Below, piece by piece: positions 18,117-27,669 of a stretch of 64,000 nucleotides of DNA (positions are counted from its first letter, which is position 1; every line of letters starts with the position of its first letter). Origin of the DNA: Lachnospiraceae bacterium (GTDB lineage: Bacteria > Bacillota > Clostridia > Lachnospirales > Lachnospiraceae); NCBI GenBank assembly GCA_963594675.1, contig CAVBGA010000187.1, forward strand, positions 19 to 64,018, in the 5' to 3' direction. The notes beneath the pieces are model-generated. The model was not told where the DNA came from. It did no database searches and saw nothing but the letters and a program-made list of their open reading frames with translations. Position numbers and translations under genes: made by a program.

Positions 18117-19507
18117 CGCTGCTTTTCTAATTTTTCCAGGCGATGCATGTCTTTAAATTCAATTCGCACCATAAGAAGGGCCACGATGGCAGCCAGGGCA
18201 TCGGCAATGGGACCGGCAAAGAGGATGCCATTAATTTCCATAAACAAAGGCAAAATCAAGATCAAGGGGATCAAGAAAATAATCTGCCTGGTTAAAGAGA
18301 TAAACATACCCCTTAAGGGCTTGCCTACAGAGGCAAAAAATTGTGAGGTGGCCGGCTGAATACAGTTGGCCCAGGTACAAAAAAGGTAGATTCGGAAAAA
18401 GCGGACTCCGAAAGTGAAATACTTTTCATTTCCACTGCCAAAGAGGGCCAGCAGTTTGTCTGGAATCGTCTGAAAGAGAATCCAGGCAAGTACCGACACC
18501 ACAAAGGCAGATTTGATGGTAATCAGATAGGTTTCCCTTACCCTTTGATAACGGCGGGCACCATAGTTAAAGCTTTCAATGGGCTGAGAGCCCTGAGCAA
18601 GACCGATAACTATGGAGAAGAAAACCTGAAATACTTTTGTTACAATACCGGCGCAGGCGATGGGAATAGATGCACCATAAATAGAAAGGGCACCGTAGTA
18701 TTTCAGGGAATTATTTAGGATAATCTGCATAACCATCATAGCCAATTGGTTGACGCAGGAAGCCAATCCTAAAGAAGCCGTTTGGATAACAATGGCCGGA
18801 TCAGGGATGAAATGTTTCTTCTTTAAGGGAAGGGTTTTGAATCCTTTCATATAATAGAAGACCAGACATCCGGAAAATACCTGCCCAATCACTGTGGCCA
18901 AAGCGGCTCCGGACATACCCCAGTCAAAAACAATGACAAAGAGAGCATCCAGAACAGTATTAATGATGGCTCCGGACAGGGAGCAGATCATGGTCATGTT
19001 GGGGCTTCCGTCGGCTCGGATCAGGTGGCCGCCTCCGGTGGTTACGATAAGGAAGGGAAAGCCGATGGCAGTGATGCGAACGTAGGGGATGGCATAAGGT
19101 AAAACATTTTCCGGTGAACCGAAAAAGACCAACATAGGCTTTAGGATCAATTCTACATCCAAGCATAGGAAAATACCCAAAAGGAAGAGCATAAAAAGAG
19201 CGTTGCCTATAAAATAGGGGGCCTTCTCATATTCTTTACGTCCCATATGCAGGTTGAAATTGGCGGCGCCACCGATACCAAAGAGCAGACCGATGGCTGT
19301 ACAGGACATAGCCAGGGGAAAGGCGATATTGGTAGCGGCATTTCCAAGAGTACCTACATATCTTCCAATAAATATTTGATCTACTATATTATATAGAGCA
19401 CTTACCAGCATGGCGATGATGCTGGGAACTGCAAATTTAATCATGAGAGATCGGATGGGACCTTGTCCCAAAAGTTCTTCTCGGGAAGAGATAGCTGATG
19501 AATCCAT
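18095..19507 (-). CDS. MATE family efflux transporter
   Basis: 470 aa, about 12 TM segments, N-terminal VPSIIAMLVSALYNIVDQIFIGR motif. Its 3' end overlaps the convergent LysR gene by 22 bp. Confidence 0.9.
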   Translation of the reverse strand: MDSSAISSREELLGQGPIRSLMIKFAVPSIIAMLVSALYNIVDQIFIGRYVGTLGNAATNIAFPLAMSCTAIGLLFGIGGAANFNLHMGRKEYEKAPYFIGNALFMLFLLGIFLCLDVELILKPMLVFFGSPENVLPYAIPYVRITAIGFPFLIVTTGGGHLIRADGSPNMTMICSLSGAIINTVLDALFVIVFDWGMSGAALATVIGQVFSGCLVFYYMKGFKTLPLKKKHFIPDPAIVIQTASLGLASCVNQLAMMVMQIILNNSLKYYGALSIYGASIPIACAGIVTKVFQVFFSIVIGLAQGSQPIESFNYGARRYQRVRETYLITIKSAFVVSVLAWILFQTIPDKLLALFGSGNEKYFTFGVRFFRIYLFCTWANCIQPATSQFFASVGKPLRGMFISLTRQIIFLIPLILILPLFMEINGILFAGPIADALAAIVALLMVRIEFKDMHRLEKLEKQRQTSLES

Positions 19508-19651
19508 GATAATTTCTCCTTTTGAATATCTGAATATTTGTAACTTCTATAATTCTATAATAAGTAAAGAATAAGCGAAGATGTTTTGTCGGGGTTTATT
19601 CTACTCTAATAGGGGAAGGAAAGCAAATTGTGTATGGCTCTGAATAGTTAC

Positions 19652-19815
19652 AAAAAAACTCCGGGTTGAGAATCCGGAGTTAAAAAAGGAAGGAGTGAAT
19701 CGCTCACTGCCTGGCACTGCAGGAGCGATTCTGTATGAAAAAGAAATTGGTTTTTTAAAGATGTTTTCCTTCATCGATGGGTATACTATAACCCTTAAAT
19801 GTGACCACTTTGTGT
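19652..19815 (-). ncRNA. candidate small RNA / cis-regulatory element, copy 2 of 2 (strand tentative)
   Basis: Same architecture as 9657-9823. It lies in the divergent intergenic region between the MATE gene (start 19507, minus strand) and the LysR gene (start 19995, plus strand). Confidence 0.45.
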
Positions 19816-19994
19816 AGAAATTCTCAATAAATTATAAACTAAAACTTCCCATACCCAAAATGGGATTCGTACCTTGAAAATTCAACACACCTTATCGGTG
19901 TGGGAAGTTTAAGCTACGTATGACAATCGATTCTTGCGAATCAGGTGTGTCTGAAGTACAATTAACAAAAGCGATGCATAAATGGAGAAAAAAT

Positions 19995-20885
19995 ATGCGC
20001 TACATTGAATACAGTAACATACGTTTTCAACAGATTCAGATTTTTTTGTGTGCTGCAGAATATGGTAACTTTACAGCGGCCGCGGAACGGATGCATGTAA
20101 CCCAGCCGATGATCAGCAAAACCATACAGACTCTGGAACAGGAGACAGGAATTATCCTTTTTCGCAAAATGCATGGAAAGCCATGCCTGACACCGGCTGG
20201 CAGAGAACTCCAGACGTACTGGTCCAATATTCTGGATTTATTTGAGACGTCAATTTACAATGCTCAAACGATCCAGGAAGTGAGAGACCTGCCGGTAAGG
20301 TTTGGACTTGGAATGTCCAGCCAGAGAAAAGAGGTAAAACAGATGTTGTCCGAAATTCGTACAAAGTATCCGGACATAGATATGCATCTGGAATGCGGTG
20401 ATATGCTAGGACAGTTGTACCGTCTCTATCGGAGTGAACTTGATTTGACCGTATGTTCTGGTCATCTTCTTTCCAACATAAAGAGTCTTAGACTTTCTTG
20501 CAAAAAAGTCAGTGACACGTCACTTGCGATTTATATACCCAAAAGCAATCCTTTATCGGAAAAGGAAGAACTTGATTTTTCGGACTTGAAAAAGGAAGAA
20601 TTTATTACGTTTTCACCAGAGTCTGATCCTATATATTGGAATTTGTTAAATGAGATGGCAATGAAAGCCGGTTTTCGTCCGAAAGTGGCATGTTACGTGA
20701 AAGATGAGCTGTCCTTTCAGATAAATCTGGAATGGGGAAAGGGTGTTGTGCTAGCAGACAGCAACACTTTAGACTTGGATTACGTAAAAAAAGTTGTCCT
20801 GAAGGATACAGAATGTGATTTGCTGCTTGTGTGGAAAGAAGAAAACGGTAATCCGGAGGTAAAAAAGATCGTAGGGCTACTATAA
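19995..20885 (+). CDS. LysR family transcriptional regulator
   Basis: HTH FLCAAEYGNFTAAAERMHVTQPMISKTIQTLEQETGIILF. I chose the start at M26 of the ORF (RBS GGAG). The ORF extends to 19920. Confidence 0.85.
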   Translation: MRYIEYSNIRFQQIQIFLCAAEYGNFTAAAERMHVTQPMISKTIQTLEQETGIILFRKMHGKPCLTPAGRELQTYWSNILDLFETSIYNAQTIQEVRDLPVRFGLGMSSQRKEVKQMLSEIRTKYPDIDMHLECGDMLGQLYRLYRSELDLTVCSGHLLSNIKSLRLSCKKVSDTSLAIYIPKSNPLSEKEELDFSDLKKEEFITFSPESDPIYWNLLNEMAMKAGFRPKVACYVKDELSFQINLEWGKGVVLADSNTLDLDYVKKVVLKDTECDLLLVWKEENGNPEVKKIVGLL

Positions 20886-20897
20886 GTATTCTAATCA

Positions 20898-20923
20898 GTT
20901 ATGCAGGCAAATAACAGGTTATT
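20898..20923. promoter_or_regulatory. candidate LysR-type operator (GTTAT/ATAAC half-sites)
   Basis: GTTAT-N8-ATAAC-AG-GTTAT, including the 14-bp palindrome AATAACAGGTTATT. It sits between the LysR gene and the URO-D-like gene. Confidence 0.35.
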
Positions 20924-20993
20924 TCAATTCTGAAAAGCGAATTGGTAAAATAGAAGAAAAGCAAGATCGATTAGAAATAAAGGAGGAATTGAA

Positions 20994-21977
20994 ATGACAG
21001 AGAAAGAAAACCTGCGAATTGCGCTAGAAGCAGGAATACCGGAGCATACTCCGCTATTCTGGGCTGGCGGGCAGATGATGATCAGTACTGTTATTGGAAA
21101 TATGCCAATACCAGGATCAAAAGAAGGATATGATTGGTGGGGCGTTCACTGGACAGCCTGTGAAGAGGCAGGGGGCGCGTTTGCTCCAACTGCAGGACGC
21201 AAACCGATACTTACGGATATTGAGAACTGGAGAGAAGAGGTAAAATTCCCGGATATTTCTGGAATAGACTGGGAAGCTGCAGCCGCGAGGGATACAGCGT
21301 ATCTGGATCCGAATAAGCTGACTAATTTTTACGGACTGGCAAACGGTGTATTTGAAAGAATCCATTTTCTGATGGGATTTGAAGAAACGATGGTTGCGTT
21401 GGTTACCAATCCGGAGGATGTGGCAGATTTGGCCAATGCAATTGCAGATTTGTATTGTGAGATCATAAGAAAAGTCGGTCAGTACTATAAGCCGGATTAC
21501 TTTACACTGTTGGACGACTACACGCATCAGCATGGTGCCTTTATGTCTTCTGCCACTTTTCAACAGTGTTTTGCACCGGCGCTTACAAAGATCAGAAACA
21601 CAGTTGAAGAGAGTGGGATGAAATTCATTTTGCATTGTTGCGGAAGGTCTGAAAAAATGCTGGATGATTTTTATGCCTGCGGAATCAGACGCCTTGAGCC
21701 TTGCCAACCAGTGAATGATATAAATGCCATGAAAGAAAAATATCCAGATATGGCATTTATGGGTGGTCTGGATCTGCAGGGAGTTATAGATAATGCAGAT
21801 GCAACAGAAGAAGACTTACGTGCAGAGGTAAGAAGATGTATGGATGCCTATTCCGAAGGAGGAAGATACATTGTTTTTGGAGTGACTTTGTCTATGCATG
21901 ATCCGTCTGCCTACGCACCCGGAAAGAAAATGGCCATTTTGATAGACGAGGCAATGAAGTATACAACAAAATTATGA
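20994..21977 (+). CDS. uroporphyrinogen decarboxylase (URO-D) family protein, MtaA/CmuA-like
   Basis: 327 aa. Overall resemblance to URO-D-family methyltransferase-like proteins common in Clostridia. Specificity unknown. Confidence 0.6.
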   Translation: MTEKENLRIALEAGIPEHTPLFWAGGQMMISTVIGNMPIPGSKEGYDWWGVHWTACEEAGGAFAPTAGRKPILTDIENWREEVKFPDISGIDWEAAAARDTAYLDPNKLTNFYGLANGVFERIHFLMGFEETMVALVTNPEDVADLANAIADLYCEIIRKVGQYYKPDYFTLLDDYTHQHGAFMSSATFQQCFAPALTKIRNTVEESGMKFILHCCGRSEKMLDDFYACGIRRLEPCQPVNDINAMKEKYPDMAFMGGLDLQGVIDNADATEEDLRAEVRRCMDAYSEGGRYIVFGVTLSMHDPSAYAPGKKMAILIDEAMKYTTKL

Positions 21978-21988
21978 TTTAAAATTAA

Positions 21989-22030
21989 GCAAAGTCGCAA
22001 TCTTGGTGTTAAGCCGGATTGCGACTTTGC
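21989..22030 (+). terminator. terminator-like hairpin
   Basis: 14-bp stem GCAAAGTCGCAATC / GATTGCGACTTTGC. The T-tail is weak. Confidence 0.55.
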
Positions 22031-22214
22031 TGTCTGTAGATGTAAATGTATAACAGGTGGTCATATAGTCAAAGGAGTGAAACTTTGGGCTTGTTTTTTT
22101 AGAACGTAAGATTTCCAAATAATGGCTTTCTGTCGTTCCCATTCCTCTTTCTTCTGTCGGTTCTGTTTTTCTCTTAAAGCCACACCTGCTTTAATTTTTC
22201 CCAACAATTTTTAG

Positions 22215-22442
22215 TTATAAATTGAAAGTAAATTTCGACTTTATATTTTTGACGGAATTGTGTACGTTATCTAAAAGATCGGAACCGTGATTGCTGTTGC
22301 CTGATTTTTGGCAGCTGACAAGAGCGCTTTTTCCGGCTGTATGGTTATGGATGGCAGAACTTCCTGCTACGGAGGGAATGCCTCCTGCCAGACTTCCTGC
22401 GATCATAAGGATTGCTGCTTTTTTTAACGCTTTGTTTACCAT
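22215..22442 (-). CDS. small secreted His-containing peptide (hypothetical)
   Basis: 75 aa from MVNKALKKAAILMIAGSLAGG.. (signal-like), with strong RBS AAGGAGGG. The mature part contains HNH, NHGS and VHN. Confidence 0.4.
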   Translation of the reverse strand: MVNKALKKAAILMIAGSLAGGIPSVAGSSAIHNHTAGKSALVSCQKSGNSNHGSDLLDNVHNSVKNIKSKFTFNL

Positions 22443-22466
22443 AGTTTTTCCCTCCTTCAAGTGATT

Positions 22467-22506
22467 TGTATCCGTAAGAATCTGCCAGTGGCAGGTCCTG
22501 TAGGTA
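22467..22506. repeat. 40-nt repeat, copy 1 (TGTATCCG-N13-GTGGCAGGTCCTGTAGGTA)
   Basis: Identical to 30818-30857 at 33 of 40 positions by hand count, including 8-nt and 13-nt perfect blocks. Confidence 0.7.
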
Positions 22507-22741
22507 TATTAAGTAAGTACGAATCATTTATTTGATAGCGTTAGTATAGACTATAAATCTGAATGGAGAGGCTAAGAAACCTTAACTTAAACTAAAATAT
22601 GTGGGAGGTATTCCTATTTTGAATGGAAGAATAGGGTGATATAGTTGGCCAGCCATTGATTTTATGAAGAAATTTATATTATGATGTGATTAGTTAGTTG
22701 CGGTTACATGAAACAAACGAGGAGATAGGAAAAGAGGTAGA

Positions 22742-23716
22742 ATGAAAGAGAATCTGATTATCGGTGGAATTACCGTTGCACCGGGGGAAAAGTGTCAGCA
22801 TACATTTACAGTTCCGGGAACAGAAAATTATACATTTCCCGCTGTGATCATTAATGGTAAGAGAGATGGAAAAGTATTTCTGGCAACAGCAGGGGTACAT
22901 GGTGCAGAATATCCTGGCATTCAGGCATGTATTGACCTGGCAGAAGAGATTGCCCCGGAAACGGTAAGTGGAGCAGTATTGCTTATTCCTGTTGTGAATA
23001 CACCAGCTTTTTATGGAAGAAGAGCTTTTGTATGCCCTGCAGATGAGGAAAATAAGAACTTTAACAAGGTATTTCCGGGCTCTGCAGAGGGAACTACTGC
23101 AGATAAGGTAGCTTACTATATTACAGAAGAATTTATTAAGAAATGCAATTTCCATGTGGATTTGCACAGTGGAGACATAGTGGAAGCTTTGGAAGAGCTG
23201 TGTGCAGTGGCAAATACTCCGGACCTGGAGCTGAAGGCTTTTATTACCGAGGCAGCCAAGCATACCTCTTTTACCCACAGAATCAATTCAGGTGGAAGCA
23301 CAGAGGTTTATAATAGGACAGCTATTGATCTGGGAATTCCCGCTCTGCTTTTTGAGCGAGGCGGGGAAGGCTTGCTTATCCAGGATGAGATTGACAGAAA
23401 TAAGGCGGATATGATCAGTTTAATGCAATTTTTGGAGATTCTTCCGGGAGAGGCAATGGACAATTCTCAAGGACAGATTTTCTATCCTCGTCACCATTGG
23501 GGAGAAGCCGGAGCCAGTGGTTGCTTTTACAAGTATGTAGATGTAGGGGATGAAATTAAAGAAGGCCAGGTAATTGGTGAGATCAAGGATGTCTTTGGAA
23601 ATGTGTTGGAGGCCATCACAGCCAAATTTGATGGGCGAATTAAGATTGCAAACAACACTTTAGGTATAACAAAAGGTGATGACACTTTCATGTATGGAAG
23701 TGCCAGAGAAGAATAA
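22742..23716 (+). CDS. succinylglutamate desuccinylase/aspartoacylase (AstE/AspA, M14-like) family protein
   Basis: 324 aa with ATAGVHGAEYPG and DLHSGD motifs typical of this Zn-hydrolase family. Confidence 0.8.
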   Translation: MKENLIIGGITVAPGEKCQHTFTVPGTENYTFPAVIINGKRDGKVFLATAGVHGAEYPGIQACIDLAEEIAPETVSGAVLLIPVVNTPAFYGRRAFVCPADEENKNFNKVFPGSAEGTTADKVAYYITEEFIKKCNFHVDLHSGDIVEALEELCAVANTPDLELKAFITEAAKHTSFTHRINSGGSTEVYNRTAIDLGIPALLFERGGEGLLIQDEIDRNKADMISLMQFLEILPGEAMDNSQGQIFYPRHHWGEAGASGCFYKYVDVGDEIKEGQVIGEIKDVFGNVLEAITAKFDGRIKIANNTLGITKGDDTFMYGSAREE

Positions 23717-23791
23717 TTTGGGAAAATATTCAGAGATTGAGAAGAATATTTCAAACATCTGAAACCCTTTACAGGATGAATCGGAATTAGT

Positions 23792-24364
23792 CTAGAGATT
23801 CGGAAAATCAAATAGAGTCCGAATATCTGAGGGAATAACATTTACTAAATTAAAAAGTAATTGCTCCAAGGAGAGATTTACAGGAGTATCCGACTCTTTG
23901 ATCACCCAATTGATGGAGCAAAGAGCGGTGCTCATGATGTAATAGCGGAGACTAAAGTCTTCTTGGGGACTTAAAATTTCCTTATGATTTAACTGGAGAA
24001 GCTTTTCTTTAATTAGGGGAAGGATGTGATTTTCAATGGTGAAAACATAGAGGTCATGTCCTTCCTTGTAGTTAAAAAGGCTTAAATATAAGGCTTTTTC
24101 TTCTAATATGGAGAGAATACGTACATTAAGAAAATCCTCCCAGTTGCAGATGCTTCCGAGGCCGTTTAAGGCCGGGCGGATGACATCAATCTGATGCCAG
24201 ATGATTAAATCTGATTTGTCTACAAAATGGCGATAAAAGGTCATGGTGCTCATACCGCAATTTTTCATGATAGACTGGACGGTGATTTTTTGAAGTTCCT
24301 GGCTTCGCAAAAGGTCTAAGAGCGAAGCATAAATAAGTTGATTCGTTGTTTTTTTTACAATCAT
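23792..24364 (-). CDS. TetR/AcrR family transcriptional regulator
   Basis: 190 aa with N-terminal HTH ITVQSIMKNCGMSTMTFYRHFVDKSDL. Confidence 0.85.
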   Translation of the reverse strand: MIVKKTTNQLIYASLLDLLRSQELQKITVQSIMKNCGMSTMTFYRHFVDKSDLIIWHQIDVIRPALNGLGSICNWEDFLNVRILSILEEKALYLSLFNYKEGHDLYVFTIENHILPLIKEKLLQLNHKEILSPQEDFSLRYYIMSTALCSINWVIKESDTPVNLSLEQLLFNLVNVIPSDIRTLFDFPNL

Positions 24365-24529
24365 AATAGGTATTCCTAATTGGCATGTTATAAACTGGTT
24401 AAATTATAACATAGCGTTAGAAAATCTTCAATCGATAACTTGTTATCAATAGCTAATTCTGTAAAATAAATATCGTGTTGTGCATGTTTTATTTACTATT
24501 ATGCACAAATATAATAATTCCATAACGAA

Positions 24530-24712
24530 CAGCAAGATATGTTTTGCCTAGAGTAAATTAAATGGGAAATCGGTGTGAGTCCGATACGATCCCGTCACTG
24601 TGATAGCGAGTGAACAGCAATATGTCACTGGAATCGAGTTAGAGAGAGCTTTTCTGGGAAGGCGCTGTTTACTAGGACCTTAAGTCAGGAGACCAGCTTA
24701 TCTTGTTATAGC
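24530..24712 (+). promoter_or_regulatory. cobalamin (AdoCbl/B12) riboswitch
   Basis: Conserved elements AATGGGAAATCGGTGTGAGTCCGATAC, CCCGTCACTGT, GTCACTGG, GGGAAGGCG and the B12 box AGTCAGGAGACCAGC. P1 pairs CAAGATA with TATCTTG. Terminator-like hairpins at 24748-24835 lie downstream. Confidence 0.9.
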
Positions 24713-24938
24713 AGTTTCATACGGTGTATATGAACACTATAGAAAAAGAGACAGACGATGCAAAAGTCACCTGTCTATTTCTATGTGTCAAAGACCCCTG
24801 CATTTATAAAAGCATGAGGTCTTTCTTTATGTTTGTTGCAGCCGGAAGGAGGTTGATTACTATTTTTGTAATTAATTTCGGCAGCAGGTTCGTTGGGGAT
24901 TAAAAAAGGAAGTATTATTTTAAAAGGAGAAGAAACGA

Positions 24939-26537
24939 ATGAAAATGAAAAAAGCACTTGCACTCGGTCTTGCAGCAGTTATGGCAACCGGTATGCTGGC
25001 AGGCTGCGGCGGAAGCTCCGATTCATCCGCATCATCCAGCTCATCCAGTTCATCTGACGAGAAGGTTCTTAATTTTGGATGCCAGATGTATGGTGACGGT
25101 TTGATCGATCCTACCAACCAGATCAACGCAGCATGGAATGTTATGCGTTATGGTATCGGTGAGGCGCTTTTCAAATTTAATGACAACATGGAGACAGAAC
25201 CATGGCTGGCAGAGTCTGCTGAGACAGAGGATTATATTACATGGACAATCAAACTGAAAGAGGGCGTTAAGTTCTCCGATGGTTGTGACATGACAGCTAC
25301 TAAGGTAGCAGAGTCTCTGCAGCGTATGCTGGATGAGGGACCAAACGGATCCTCCACACCAGAGAAGTATCTTCCTTATGAGTCAACAATTACAGCTGAT
25401 GATGATGCAAACACCATCACGATTGTTCTTCCGGAAGCAAATACCAACCTGGAAGGTAACCTGGCTTACCCAGTATGTGCAATTGTCGATGTTGCTGATA
25501 CAGAAGATTGGAACAACGGTGTTATCGGAACTGGCCCGTATGCAGTAGAGTCCTTCGAGGATCAGGTAGGTTACACAATGGTTGCCAATGAAAACTATTA
25601 CGAGGATGTTCCTTATGATAAGGTAAATATCAAGTTCCTTGGCGACAATACAGCTAAGACTATGGCTCTTCAGAGTGGAGAGATCGATCTTGCTGAGAAT
25701 ATCACCAGCGTATCTGATATTCAGACTATGCAGGAGGATGAAAACTTCACTGTTGATATCGCAACAGGTGTTCGTACAGGATTTGAGTGGATGAACATGA
25801 ATGAGGGCAAGGCTCTCAGCAATGAGACTCTTCGTAAAGCAGTCCTGATGGCAATTGATTATGACAGCATTTGCGAGTCCAATACCATCGGTGGTCTTTA
25901 TACAGCTGGTTTCTCAGTACTTCCTTCAACTCTGTCCTATGGATATGATCAGCTGACAAATCCATATGCATATGATCCGGAAGGTGCAAAAGAGCTTCTT
26001 GATGAGGCTGGTATCGTAGATACGGACGGAGATGGATGGAGAGAGTTAGATGGCGAGAACATCAACCTTGTTTGTGTATCCTATGAGAACCGACTTCTGA
26101 ATGATTTCTCTGATGCATTTACTCAGTATCTTGCAGAGATTGGTATTCAGGTTACTGCAGATTATGGCAGTTCTGATGATCAGTGGAGCAAGCTGGTATC
26201 CGGTGAGTATGATTTCAACAACAATAACTGGACAACTGTAGGTAACGGTGATCCTACAGAGTATATGGCAAACTGGTACAGCAAGGCAGAGGCAAACTAC
26301 TGCGGATATAAGAATGATGAGTATGATTCTCTCTATGAGCAGTTCATGGCTGAGACAGATTCTGACAAACGTACAGAGCTTTTGACTCAGATGCAGCAGA
26401 TCCTTGTTGATGATGCAGTTGCTGTTATCGATGGTTACTACAACAGTTCTATGATTTATTCTAAGAATGTAGGATATGCTCATATTCATACAGCTGACTA
26501 TTACTGGCTGACAACAGAGATCACTCCGGCTGAGTAA
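24939..26537 (+). CDS. ABC transporter substrate-binding lipoprotein, family 5 (Opp/Dpp/Nik type)
   Basis: 532 aa with lipobox MLAGCGG and a Ser-rich linker. Family-5 SBP-like sequence throughout. Confidence 0.9.
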   Translation: MKMKKALALGLAAVMATGMLAGCGGSSDSSASSSSSSSSDEKVLNFGCQMYGDGLIDPTNQINAAWNVMRYGIGEALFKFNDNMETEPWLAESAETEDYITWTIKLKEGVKFSDGCDMTATKVAESLQRMLDEGPNGSSTPEKYLPYESTITADDDANTITIVLPEANTNLEGNLAYPVCAIVDVADTEDWNNGVIGTGPYAVESFEDQVGYTMVANENYYEDVPYDKVNIKFLGDNTAKTMALQSGEIDLAENITSVSDIQTMQEDENFTVDIATGVRTGFEWMNMNEGKALSNETLRKAVLMAIDYDSICESNTIGGLYTAGFSVLPSTLSYGYDQLTNPYAYDPEGAKELLDEAGIVDTDGDGWRELDGENINLVCVSYENRLLNDFSDAFTQYLAEIGIQVTADYGSSDDQWSKLVSGEYDFNNNNWTTVGNGDPTEYMANWYSKAEANYCGYKNDEYDSLYEQFMAETDSDKRTELLTQMQQILVDDAVAVIDGYYNSSMIYSKNVGYAHIHTADYYWLTTEITPAE

Positions 26538-26565
26538 TCGTCAAAAAGATAGATTAAGTTAGACA

Positions 26566-26638
26566 GTTCACAGGATGTATAAGACCTGTGAACAAGTCTT
26601 GGCTAGAAAGGGGATACAATGAATATGGCATTGTATCC
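26566..26638 (+). promoter_or_regulatory. two intercistronic hairpins after the SBP gene
   Basis: GTTCACAGG/CCTGTGAAC (9 bp) and GGATACAATG/CATTGTATCC (10 bp). Likely partial terminator or mRNA-stabilising structures. Confidence 0.5.
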
Positions 26639-26726
26639 TCTTATCGCCTAGTGCTATCATATAAGATGTTAGGTAACTAAAAACGGATTGGAAATAAAAG
26701 CGAAATCCCTGAAGGGAGGAAAGAAA

Positions 26727-27665
26727 ATGAGCAAGAAAAAAATTATTTCCAGAATTATACAGATAGTGATCGTTTTGTTTGGAATCAGTTTTCTGACCTT
26801 CCTATTGACCTATCTGGCACCGGGAGACCCGGCACAGATTATGCTGACTTCCTCTGGTGTAATGCCTACCGAGAGTGCAGTACAGCAGCTGCGAGAACAA
26901 ATGGGTTATAATGATCCATTCTTCACCCAGTATTTCCGTTGGTTGGGAAATGCTTTGCATGGTGATTTCGGTACTTCATTTTCCTTGAATAAGCCGGTAA
27001 CCACCCTGTTGCTTGCCAGATTGTGGCCCACATTGAAGTTGACGATTGTCGCTATGGTAATGATGCTGATTGTATCCATTCCTTTGGGTATGCTTTCTGC
27101 AGTTTATAAGGATACATGGGTGGACAATATTATCAGAGCCATCACCTTCTTTGGTGTGTCTATGCCCAACTTCTGGGTAGGACTCCTTCTGATGCTGATT
27201 TTCTGTGTGAAGATGAATATCTTCCCAGTTTTGTCATCCAGTGGAGATTTAAAAAGTCTTTTCCTACCTGCGGCGACTTTGGCTTTTGCCATGTCTTCCA
27301 AGTACACCAGGCAGGTCCGTACAGCGATTCTCGAAGAGTTAAGTTCGGATTATGTAGTTGGTGCCAGAGCCAGAGGAATAAAGGAATGGAGAATTCTTTG
27401 GACAAATGTATTCCCCAACTCATTGCTTCCTTTGATTACCATGTTGGGACTTTCTGTAGGATCACTTCTTGGTGGTACTTCTGTAGTGGAAGTTATTTTC
27501 ACGTATCCGGGTCTTGGAAATTTGGCGGTATCCGCGATCACTTCCAATGACTATAACCTGATTCAGGGCTATGTGCTTTGGATCGCGCTGATCTATATGG
27601 TGATCAACTTTGTGGTGGATATTTCCTATAACTTTATTGATCCCCGTATGAGACTGAAGAGGTGA
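26727..27665 (+). CDS. ABC transporter permease (DppB/NikB-like)
   Basis: Start at MSKKKIISR with RBS GGGAGGA. About 6 TM segments and a binding-protein-dependent transport permease pattern. Confidence 0.9.
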   Translation: MSKKKIISRIIQIVIVLFGISFLTFLLTYLAPGDPAQIMLTSSGVMPTESAVQQLREQMGYNDPFFTQYFRWLGNALHGDFGTSFSLNKPVTTLLLARLWPTLKLTIVAMVMMLIVSIPLGMLSAVYKDTWVDNIIRAITFFGVSMPNFWVGLLLMLIFCVKMNIFPVLSSSGDLKSLFLPAATLAFAMSSKYTRQVRTAILEELSSDYVVGARARGIKEWRILWTNVFPNSLLPLITMLGLSVGSLLGGTSVVEVIFTYPGLGNLAVSAITSNDYNLIQGYVLWIALIYMVINFVVDISYNFIDPRMRLKR

Positions 27666-27669
27666 TGCC

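Noticed and set aside
19840-19915. Three-helix, tRNA-like-looking structure (AACTTCCC..GGGAAGTT closing stem, CCCAAAATGGG and ACACC-TTATC-GGTGT hairpins) upstream of the LysR gene
   Set aside because: It has no proper anticodon arm, no T-loop consensus and wrong loop sizes, so it is not a tRNA or tmRNA. It is a single copy, so there is no comparative support, and I did not report it as a feature.
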